A stretch of 10,539 nt of DNA from Candidatus Methylomirabilia bacterium (GTDB lineage Bacteria > Methylomirabilota > Methylomirabilia > Rokubacteriales > CSP1-6), in NCBI GenBank assembly GCA_041496385.1, contig JBGQEL010000139.1, positions 1-10,539 on the forward strand, given 5' to 3'. The position numbers and the translations under genes are program-made. Below the pieces are notes generated by a model. That model saw only the letters and a program-made list of their open reading frames with translations. It was not told where the DNA came from and searched no databases. Positions 1 through 6,787 of the stretch are shown here, piece after piece (the first letter of the stretch is position 1; the number at the start of each line of letters is the position of its first letter).

Positions 1-1
1 C

Positions 2-448
2 AAGGACCCGTTCACGATCATGTTCTCGGTGCCGATGGGGCTGATCGGCGTCTTCTGGGCGCTCTACCTCACGAACACGACGCTCTCGACGACCTCGTTC
101 ATGGGCATCATCATGATGGTCGGCATCGTCGTCTCGAACGGGGTGCTCCTCGTCGAGTACATCAACGAGCGCCGCCGCCACGGGGAGCCGCTGCTGCTGG
201 CCGTCCCGCGCGCCGGGCGCATCCGTCTCCGCCCGATCCTCATGACCGTGCTCGCGACGGTCGTCGGCCTGCTGCCGATGGCGCTGGCTCTGGGCGTCGG
301 GACCGAGGCCAACCAGCCGCTCGCGATCGCCGTCATCGGCGGCCTGCTCGTCTCGACGTTCTTCACGCTCATCCTCATCCCGACGCTCTACGTCACCTTC
401 GAAGAGTGGTTCCCCCGCACAATCGTCGGGGCCGACGAGCGAGCGTGA
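2..448 (+). CDS. RND efflux transporter permease subunit (AcrB/AcrD/AcrF/CzcA family), C-terminal fragment; 5' end outside the window
   Basis: The frame is open from position 2 (KDPFTIMFSVPMGLIG...). It has the RND C-terminal TM motifs 'GIIMMVGIVVSNGVLLVEY', 'RLRPILMT', 'LLPMAL' and 'PLAIAVIGGLLVSTFFTLILIPTLY'. Stop TGA at 446-448. Confidence 0.95.
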   Translation, partial: KDPFTIMFSVPMGLIGVFWALYLTNTTLSTTSFMGIIMMVGIVVSNGVLLVEYINERRRHGEPLLLAVPRAGRIRLRPILMTVLATVVGLLPMALALGVGTEANQPLAIAVIGGLLVSTFFTLILIPTLYVTFEEWFPRTIVGADERA

Positions 449-460
449 GCGCACTGCGCC

Positions 461-488
461 TTGACACCCGGCGCATCTTGTCTACACT
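461..488 (+). promoter_or_regulatory. Predicted sigma70-type promoter for the carbohydrate ABC operon
   Basis: Perfect -35 TTGACA (461-466), a 16-bp spacer and -10 TACACT (483-488), in a locally AT-richer intergenic gap about 70 nt upstream of the SBP start. Confidence 0.7.
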
Positions 489-532
489 TCGAACAACTTG
501 CTTCGAACCCGAATGTCCGGCCGTGCGGACAT
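487..532. promoter_or_regulatory. Candidate operator elements: direct repeat CTTCGAAC (487-494, 501-508) and inverted repeat ATGTCCG-N6-CGGACAT (513-532)
   Basis: Repeats read directly from the sequence; they lie between the -10 box and the RBS. The operator function is inferred. Confidence 0.4.
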
Positions 533-546
533 GACGCCTGGATGTA

Positions 547-553
547 AAGGAGG
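547..553 (+). promoter_or_regulatory. Shine-Dalgarno site for the sugar SBP
   Basis: AAGGAGG ending 4 nt before ATG 558. Confidence 0.85.
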
Positions 554-557
554 ACCC

Positions 558-1838
558 ATGGACTCGATCAGCCGCCGTCGCTTTATGGCGACCACCGTCA
601 CGACAGGGCTCGCTGGCATCCTCGCGAGCCGCGTCGCGCCGGCCCTGGCCCAGCAGCGTGAGGTTTCGTACCTCTGCTGGAACAACTTCGCGCCGGCGTC
701 CGACAAGAAGCTTGCCGAGATCGGCCAGCGCTTCACCAAGGACACCGGCATCAAGCTCAAGATCGACCACATCTCGCACATGGGGCCGCAGCAGGCCAAG
801 TACGCGTCCGAGGTCCAGACGCAGGCCGGCCACGACATGGTCGAGATGCGCATGCACTTCCCGTGGCTCTACGAGCCCCAGCTCGTCGACGTCTCGGACG
901 TCGTCGGCGAGCTGGAGAAGAAGTACGGCAAGGCCCTCACCTCCTCGTACGAGGGCGCGCACGTGAACGGCGTCTGGCGCGCGGTGCCGCAGTACCACGG
1001 CATGTTCGTCTGCACGTACCGCGAGGACCTCTTCAAGAAGGCGAGTCTGAAAGTCCCCGACACCTGGGAGGACCTCTACACGGTCGGCAAGGAGCTCAAG
1101 AAGATGGGGAACCCGGTCGGGATCCCCATCAGCCAGAACTACGACTCGATCTCGACCGCGGGACCCGTGCTCTGGTCGTTCGGCGGCATGGAGGTGGACC
1201 GAGACGGCAAGACCGTCCGCATCAACTCGCCCGCGACCGCGCAGACGATCGAGTGGTACAAGAAGATGTTCCGCGACTGCATGGAGCCCGAGGTGCTCTC
1301 GTGGTCGGACGCGAGCAACAACGAGTCGATCCAGCAGGGCAAGGCGGGCTGGATCCACAACCCGGTGTCCGCCTACATCATCGCCAAGCAGCGCAAGCTC
1401 GTGACGGCCGACGGCATCAACCACCACCGGAGCCTCGGCGGCCCGAGCGGACGGCACGAGACCGACACGCCGCGTCACATCGCCATCTGGAAGTTCTCGA
1501 AGAACATCGAGGCGTCGAAGGAGTGGATCCGCTACTTGCTCGGCAAGCGCGAGGTCTACGACGAGTACATCACGTCCGGCGACGCCTTCAACCTGCCCGT
1601 CTACGACAAGCTCCAGGACCATCCGGTGCTCCGGACGGACCCCAAGTACGCCGCCCTCAGGGGCGAGGGGGTCCAGTACCACACCTACGGCTGGCCGGCG
1701 CCACCATCGGACAAGGTGCAGCTCATCACCAACACCTACCTCCTGCCCAATATGATCGCCAAGGCGGTCACGGGCACCTCGACCAAGGACGCGATCGCGT
1801 GGGCCGAGACCGAGATGAAGAAGATCCTCGCCGGATGA
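558..1838 (+). CDS. ABC transporter extracellular solute-binding protein, family 1 (carbohydrate/UgpB/MalE-like), with a Tat signal peptide; 426 aa
   Basis: Start moved from 498 to ATG 558 because of the strong SD. N-terminus MDSISRRRFM...APALA|QQ matches a twin-arginine signal with an AxA site. SBP_bac_1-like motifs: 'YREDLFKKASLKVPDTWEDL', 'VLWSFGG', 'INSPAT', 'WSDASNN'. Two CUT1 permeases follow. Confidence 0.93.
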   Translation: MDSISRRRFMATTVTTGLAGILASRVAPALAQQREVSYLCWNNFAPASDKKLAEIGQRFTKDTGIKLKIDHISHMGPQQAKYASEVQTQAGHDMVEMRMHFPWLYEPQLVDVSDVVGELEKKYGKALTSSYEGAHVNGVWRAVPQYHGMFVCTYREDLFKKASLKVPDTWEDLYTVGKELKKMGNPVGIPISQNYDSISTAGPVLWSFGGMEVDRDGKTVRINSPATAQTIEWYKKMFRDCMEPEVLSWSDASNNESIQQGKAGWIHNPVSAYIIAKQRKLVTADGINHHRSLGGPSGRHETDTPRHIAIWKFSKNIEASKEWIRYLLGKREVYDEYITSGDAFNLPVYDKLQDHPVLRTDPKYAALRGEGVQYHTYGWPAPPSDKVQLITNTYLLPNMIAKAVTGTSTKDAIAWAETEMKKILAG

Positions 1839-1850
1839 GCGCGAACGTCC

Positions 1851-2792
1851 ATGGCCGTTAGAGCCAACGAGATCCCGGTAGCGCGCGGCCGCCCCAAGGC
1901 GGCCGCGCTGCTGCGCCAGTGGCTCGACCGCGAGTCCGTGCTCGGGCCGGTCTTCGTGACGCCGGCCCTGCTCCTCCTCGTGCTGCTGGTCGCGTATCCC
2001 TTCGTCATGGCGCTCTACTTCGCCATGTCCAACGCCTTCATCGGCCGCCCGAGTCACTGGGTGGGTCTCCGCAACTTCATCGCGCTCTGGGACAGCGACG
2101 TCTTCCGCCAGACCTTCCAGAACGCCTTCGTCTTCACCGGCATCGCGGTGGCCTTCAAGGTCGTGCTGGGCATCACCTTGGCGCTGCTGCTGAACGAGCA
2201 GCTCTGGTTCAAGCGCATGATCCGCGGGGCGGTGCTGCTGCCGTGGGTCATTCCCACCGCGCTCTCGACGCTCGGCTGGTGGTGGATGTTCAACTCGCTC
2301 TACAGCGTGGTGAACTGGACGGGCATCCACACGGGGCTCATGGACCCGCCCGGCCCGAACTGGCTCGGCCAGCGGTACTATGCGATGGCCGCCGTCATCA
2401 CGGTCAACATCTGGCGGGGTCTGCCATTCTTCGCGATCACGATCCTCGCGGGGCTCGTCGCGATCCCGAAGGAGCTGTACGAAGCCGCCGAGGCCGACGG
2501 CGCGGGCCCGAACGCGCGGTTCTGGCACGTCACGCTGCCACTGCTCAAGCCGGTCCTCGCCGTGGTCGTCCTCTTCTCGACCATCCTGACCTTCGGCGAT
2601 TTCAACATCGTCTACGTCCTGACGCATGGCGGCCCCATCAACGCGACCCATCTCTTCGCCACGCTGTCGCGCCAGATAGGAATCGATACAGGCCGGATCG
2701 GGGAGGGGGCGGCGATTTCCCTCTACCTCTTCCCGCTGCTGGTCTTCGTGGTCTGGGCGCAGCTTCGATTCGTGCGGAAGCAGGTGTACTAG
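1851..2792 (+). CDS. Carbohydrate ABC transporter permease (MalF/UgpA type)
   Basis: Multiple TM segments, 'WVGLRNF', 'LLPWVIP' and EAA loop 'IPKELYEAAEADGAGPNARFWHVTLPLLKP'. Confidence 0.95.
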   Translation: MAVRANEIPVARGRPKAAALLRQWLDRESVLGPVFVTPALLLLVLLVAYPFVMALYFAMSNAFIGRPSHWVGLRNFIALWDSDVFRQTFQNAFVFTGIAVAFKVVLGITLALLLNEQLWFKRMIRGAVLLPWVIPTALSTLGWWWMFNSLYSVVNWTGIHTGLMDPPGPNWLGQRYYAMAAVITVNIWRGLPFFAITILAGLVAIPKELYEAAEADGAGPNARFWHVTLPLLKPVLAVVVLFSTILTFGDFNIVYVLTHGGPINATHLFATLSRQIGIDTGRIGEGAAISLYLFPLLVFVVWAQLRFVRKQVY

Positions 2793-2795
2793 CGC

Positions 2796-3641
2796 ATGGC
2801 GGTGCGGCGCCGGCCCTTCGTCAAGCGGTTGATGCTCCATCTCGCGCTGCTGCCGTTCCTGATCTTCGCGCTGTTCCCCTTCTATCACATGACGCTGACC
2901 TCGCTGAAGCAGGACCGCGAGCTGTACGACCGCCACGCGGTGCCGCTCATCATCACGCAGGGGCCGACGCTGGAGCACTACGTGAAGCTGCTCTGGGACA
3001 CCGAGTTTCTCACGTGGACGAAGAACAGCCTGGTGGTGACGTTTCTCTCCACGGCCGTCTCCGTCGTCATCGGCACCATCGCCGCCTACGCGCTGGCGCG
3101 GCTCAAGTTCTTCGGCGTGAACACCTTCGGCACCGCAATCTTCGTGACCTATCTCGTGCCGACCACGCTCCTGTTCCTGCCGCTGGCGCAAGTCGTGAAC
3201 TGGCTCGGGCTCGCCGACTCGAAGTGGGCGCTCGTCCTGACGTACCCCACGTTCCTCGTCCCGTTCTGCACGTGGCTGCTCATCGGCTATTTCCGGACGG
3301 TGCCGAAGGAGGTCGAGGAGTGCGCCATGGTTGACGGGGCCACGCGTATCCAGGCGCTCTGGCGCATCGTGCTGCCCATGGCCGTGCCCGGCCTCGTCTG
3401 CGCGGCGCTCTTCGCCTTCACGCTCTCCTGGAACGAGTTCATCTACGCGCTCACCTTCACCTCCTCCTCCGAGCAGATCACGGCGAGCGTGGGCGTGACC
3501 ACCGAGCTGATCCGCGGCGACATCTATTTCTGGGGCTCGCTCATGGCGGGCGCGGTGCTCGGCTCGGTGCCGATCGTCGTTCTCTACGTCTTCTTCCTCG
3601 ACTACTACGTCTCGGGCCTCACGGCCGGCGCGATCAAGTAG
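2796..3641 (+). CDS. Carbohydrate ABC transporter permease (MalG/UgpE type)
   Basis: 'PTLEHY', 'NSLVV', 'AAYALARLKF', EAA loop 'VPKEVEECAMVDGATRIQALWRIVLP', 'SWNEFIYAL' and C-terminal 'GLTAGAIK'. Confidence 0.95.
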   Translation: MAVRRRPFVKRLMLHLALLPFLIFALFPFYHMTLTSLKQDRELYDRHAVPLIITQGPTLEHYVKLLWDTEFLTWTKNSLVVTFLSTAVSVVIGTIAAYALARLKFFGVNTFGTAIFVTYLVPTTLLFLPLAQVVNWLGLADSKWALVLTYPTFLVPFCTWLLIGYFRTVPKEVEECAMVDGATRIQALWRIVLPMAVPGLVCAALFAFTLSWNEFIYALTFTSSSEQITASVGVTTELIRGDIYFWGSLMAGAVLGSVPIVVLYVFFLDYYVSGLTAGAIK

Positions 3642-4467
3642 CCTCGCGCCGGACCGAGTCGAAGAACGCGGCGAGCACGGCCTGCACCTCGGCACGATGG
3701 GTGCGGTTGGGGAAGTGCGGCCCGCCCTCCACGACGTGCAGCCGCGCCCCGGGAATCGTGGCGGCGACGCGCCGCGACATCTGGACGGTCGGAAAGCCGT
3801 CCTCGGCACCCGCGATGATCTGCACTGGGCAGCGGATCCGCGCGCAGTCCGCCAGCCACTCCGGCCGGGAGTAGGTCTCGTCGAGCAGCGCCAGCAGCGA
3901 CGCGACCGAGTGGCGGCGGAGGTTCGCGATGATCTCCGCGTACCGTTCGGGGCGCGCCTGGATCCGGGCGAGCGCCGCCTCGCCCATGCGCAGGCGCACG
4001 TTGGCGTCGAGGTACGCTTCGAAGCGGCCCGCCACGACGAGGGGCCGGTGCGCCGCCCACCAGCGTCGGTCGGCCCCGCCCGGCGCGAAGGGCGGCCCGC
4101 TGATCGAGACGACGGCGCGCACGCGTTCGGGCCGGTGCGCCGCGACCCAGAGGGAGAGCGCGGCACCCATCGAGACGCCGCCCCAGACGGGCGCCTCGAT
4201 CTCGAGCGCGTCGAGCCAGAGGAGCAGGTCCTCGGCCTTCTTCGAGTACGTGTAGTCCTCGACCCGCTCGAACCGGCTCGAGAGCCCGTGGCCGCGCGTG
4301 TCGGGGAACAGCGCGCGCACCCGATCGAAGAACGGCTCCAGGTCGGGCGGCATGAACGACGAGTCCTCGATCGACCCGCCGTGGATCCAGACGACGGGCG
4401 GCCCGGCGGGGTGGCCCGCCTCCCGCCAGTGGAGCGTCACGCCGTTGGCGAGCCGGAGCTCAGACAC
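3634..4467 (-). CDS. Alpha/beta-fold hydrolase (MhpC/PcaD/MenH-like superfamily)
   Basis: GTG start. Oxyanion region 'VVWIHGG', 'PDTRGHGLS', nucleophile elbow 'GGVSMGA', candidate acid 'IAGAEDG' and candidate catalytic His 'GGPHFP'. Confidence 0.92.
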   Translation of the reverse strand: MSELRLANGVTLHWREAGHPAGPPVVWIHGGSIEDSSFMPPDLEPFFDRVRALFPDTRGHGLSSRFERVEDYTYSKKAEDLLLWLDALEIEAPVWGGVSMGAALSLWVAAHRPERVRAVVSISGPPFAPGGADRRWWAAHRPLVVAGRFEAYLDANVRLRMGEAALARIQARPERYAEIIANLRRHSVASLLALLDETYSRPEWLADCARIRCPVQIIAGAEDGFPTVQMSRRVAATIPGARLHVVEGGPHFPNRTHRAEVQAVLAAFFDSVRREAT

Positions 4468-4468
4468 G

Positions 4469-4506
4469 CGGGGCGCCGCGAGCGCCGATCGCGCGGCGCG
4501 GCCCCG
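4469..4506 (-). other. GC-rich stem-loop in the gap between the permease and the hydrolase
   Basis: GCGCCGCG (4473-4480) pairs perfectly with CGCGGCGC (4492-4499), extended by CGGG/CCCG (4469-4472 / 4503-4506) across a 3-nt bulge. There is no U-tract. Confidence 0.5.
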
Positions 4507-4515
4507 GCCTGCCCC

Positions 4516-5187
4516 TCACGCCAGGCGGCGCTCGAAGCGGCGGGCGACGCGCGACATCGAGTACGTGCAGATCCAGTACACGACCGCGATGAAGAGGTAG
4601 AGCTCGAACGGCTTGATCTCGCGGTTGTTGACGATCTGCGCGGCCTTCGTGAGGTCCACGTAGCCGATGATCGAGGCGAGCGAGGTGTCCTTGAACAGGA
4701 CGATCATCTGCGTGACGATCGCCGGCACCATGTTGCGGATCGCCTGCGGCAGCACGACGAAGCGCATCGTCTGGGCGCGCGTGAGGCCGACCGCCGTCGC
4801 CGCCTCGACCTGGCCGCGCGCCACCGACTGGATGCCAGCGCGCACGATCTCGCCGAAGTACGCGGCCTCGAAGATCACGAAGGAGGCGAGCGCGACGCCG
4901 TACTCCGGGATCGGCGTGCGCAGGAGCTGCGGGACGATGATCCAGACCCAGAAGATGACCATGACGAGCGGCACGCCGCGGAAGAACTCGACGTAGAGCG
5001 TCGCGGGCACGCTGATCCAGCGCGTCCGCGCCAGGCGCGCGAGGCCCACGAACACGCCGAGCGCGAAGCCGAGCGCGATCGCCGGGATCGCGAGGCGCAG
5101 CGTGCCACCGGTGAAGCCGCCGAGGCCCAGGAGCCCCTGGACGATCAGGAACTTGAAGTTGCCGACGATGACCGAGAGGTCGAGCAC
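4516..5187 (-). CDS. Polar amino-acid ABC transporter permease (HisM/GltK/GlnP type)
   Basis: GTG start, 'YVEFFRGVPLVM', 'AAYFGEIVRAGIQSV', EAA loop 'GQVEAATAVGLT', 'VVLPQAIRNMVP' and 'LFKDTSL'. Confidence 0.95.
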   Translation of the reverse strand: MLDLSVIVGNFKFLIVQGLLGLGGFTGGTLRLAIPAIALGFALGVFVGLARLARTRWISVPATLYVEFFRGVPLVMVIFWVWIIVPQLLRTPIPEYGVALASFVIFEAAYFGEIVRAGIQSVARGQVEAATAVGLTRAQTMRFVVLPQAIRNMVPAIVTQMIVLFKDTSLASIIGYVDLTKAAQIVNNREIKPFELYLFIAVVYWICTYSMSRVARRFERRLA

Positions 5188-5191
5188 CGGC

Positions 5192-5905
5192 TCACCCGCC
5201 CCGCGCGATGAGGCCCGGGATGGCGAAGCGCCGCTCGACGCGCGCCATGATCGCGGCGATGGCCACGCAGAGCACCAGGTAGATGAGGGTGCCCGCGGTG
5301 AACGCCTCGATGGCCTTCGCCGTGTACGTCTCGATCTGGCGCGTCTGGAAGGTCAGCTCGGCCACGCTGATCGTGAGCGCCACCGAGGAGTTCTTGAGCA
5401 GGTTGAGCGAGTCGCTGGTGGCGGGCGGCACGATGAGACGGAGCGCGATCGGCACGATCACCAGCCGGTAGGCCTGGAAGGTCGTGAGCCCCATCGCCAC
5501 CGACGCCTCGAACAGGGTCCGTGGGATCGACTGGATGCCCGCGCGGATGATCTCCGACATGCGCGCGCCGTGGTAGACGCCCAGCGCCAGCATGCCCGCC
5601 CAGAACTCGGGCCTGTTGGCGAAGACCCAGTCCTGGATGGCCTGCGGCAGCAGCGGGGGCACGCCGAAGTACCAGAAGAACATCCAGACGAGGAGCGGGA
5701 CGTTGCGGAAGAACTCGACATAGAACGTCGCGAGCACGCGCAGCGGCCGCCACGGCACCGTGCGCATCGCTCCCGAGACGATCCCCAGCGCCGCCGCGAG
5801 GATCCAGGCGAGCGCCGAGATCGCGAGCGTGGTGAGCAGGCCCTGGAGCAGCCAGCTTCCCGACTGGCCGCTCCAGAGGACACTCCAGTTGAACTGGTAG
5901 TTCAC
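5192..5905 (-). CDS. Polar amino-acid ABC transporter permease (GltJ/GlnM type)
   Basis: GTG start with a GltJ-like N-terminus (MNYQFNWSVLW), 'YVEFFRNVPLLVWMFFWYF', 'SEIIRAGIQSIP', 'EASVAMGL' and 'LNLLKNSSVALTISVAELT'. Confidence 0.95.
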   Translation of the reverse strand: MNYQFNWSVLWSGQSGSWLLQGLLTTLAISALAWILAAALGIVSGAMRTVPWRPLRVLATFYVEFFRNVPLLVWMFFWYFGVPPLLPQAIQDWVFANRPEFWAGMLALGVYHGARMSEIIRAGIQSIPRTLFEASVAMGLTTFQAYRLVIVPIALRLIVPPATSDSLNLLKNSSVALTISVAELTFQTRQIETYTAKAIEAFTAGTLIYLVLCVAIAAIMARVERRFAIPGLIARGG

Positions 5906-5918
5906 GCCGGGTCCGGCG

Positions 5919-6776
5919 CTACTTCGGCACCACCTGCAGGATCAGGAAACGCTTGTTCTCGGGCGTGAGCGGGTACGGCGTCTCGCTCTTGGGCCCGAAC
6001 CACTTGTCGTAGAGCTCGAAGTACTTGCCGGACTCGATCAGCTCCATGAGGCCCGAGTTCACGGTGGCCCTGAAGTCCGAGTCGTTCTTCCGCATGGCCA
6101 TGCCGTAGGGCTCGTAGGAGAAGAAGTCGCCCACGACCTTCCAGTCGTCGGGCTTGGGCGCCTTGGCCTTCAGCCCGTAGAGCTGGATGCCGTCGTTCGT
6201 GAACGCGTCCACCTGTCCCTGGGTGAGCGCCTGGAACGCCGCCGGCTGGTCCGGGAACTCGCGGAGCTGCGCCTTCGGCTGCCGCTCGCGGATGATCCTG
6301 GCATTGGTCGAGCCCTGCTGCGCGGCGATGCGCTTGCCGGCGATGGACTCGATGCCCTTGATCGGGCTGGCCTTCTTCACGAGGAACTGGGCGCCGGTCA
6401 CGAAGAAGGTGAGGCTGAAGTCCACCGACTCGCGCCGGGGGCGCGTGTCGGTCATCGTCCCCGCGATGAGATCCACCGAGTTCGACGTGAGCAGCGGGAT
6501 GCGCGTCGGCGGCGTGGACTCCTTCTTCTCCAGCTTGATCTCCTTGCCGAGCTTCTTGCTGATGGCCGGCAGCACGCCCTGCTCGACCAGGTCGATCGAG
6601 AAGCCGACCCACTGGTTGTCCTTGTTGACGTACGCGAACGGCGGCGAGGCCGTGCGGGTGCCGATCACCAGCGTCCCGCTCTGGTTGATCTTGTCGAGCG
6701 TGCCCTGGGCGCTCGCGGGCGCCGCGACGGCGAGCGCGAGGGCGAGCGTCAGAACGAGCGCGAACGGTCGCTTCAT
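5919..6776 (-). CDS. Polar amino-acid ABC transporter substrate-binding protein (family 3, GltI/Peb1-like, probably Glu/Asp); 285 aa
   Basis: Start placed at ATG 6776, with SD GGAGGT just upstream. Sec signal MKRPFALVLTLALALAVAAPASA|Q. GltI-like motifs 'TLDKI', 'IGTRTASPPFAY', 'TRIPLL', 'VDFS', 'DAFTND', 'EPYGMAMRKNDSDF' and 'LYDKWF'. Confidence 0.93.
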   Translation of the reverse strand: MKRPFALVLTLALALAVAAPASAQGTLDKINQSGTLVIGTRTASPPFAYVNKDNQWVGFSIDLVEQGVLPAISKKLGKEIKLEKKESTPPTRIPLLTSNSVDLIAGTMTDTRPRRESVDFSLTFFVTGAQFLVKKASPIKGIESIAGKRIAAQQGSTNARIIRERQPKAQLREFPDQPAAFQALTQGQVDAFTNDGIQLYGLKAKAPKPDDWKVVGDFFSYEPYGMAMRKNDSDFRATVNSGLMELIESGKYFELYDKWFGPKSETPYPLTPENKRFLILQVVPK

Positions 6777-6787
6777 CAGAACCTCCC

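Noticed and set aside
487..514. LexA/SOS box suggested by the GAAC motifs
   Set aside because: The spacing fits neither GAAC-N4-GTTC nor GAAC-N7-GAAC (here it is N10), and the downstream genes are not repair genes.
498..557. N-terminal extension of the sugar SBP in the ORF track
   Set aside because: The strong SD and the Tat motif place the start at 558; the extension covers the promoter and leader.
863..3334. Alternative-frame + strand ORFs 863-1861 and 1919-3334
   Set aside because: They overlap real genes in another frame, are Arg/Gly-rich and show no domain motifs.
393..4166. 1257-aa minus-strand ORF antisense to the sugar ABC operon
   Set aside because: Shadow ORF. The SBP and both permeases share one frame, and this ORF is in exact codon-antiparallel register, so a stop would need the sense codons TTA, CTA or TCA, which are rare at this GC3. 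The product is R/G/H/D-rich with no recognisable motif.
4469..4518. Hairpin read as an intrinsic terminator or a SECIS element
   Set aside because: There is no U-tract on either strand. The TGA falls at the normal permease C-terminus rather than at a Cys-equivalent catalytic site, so selenocysteine is unsupported.
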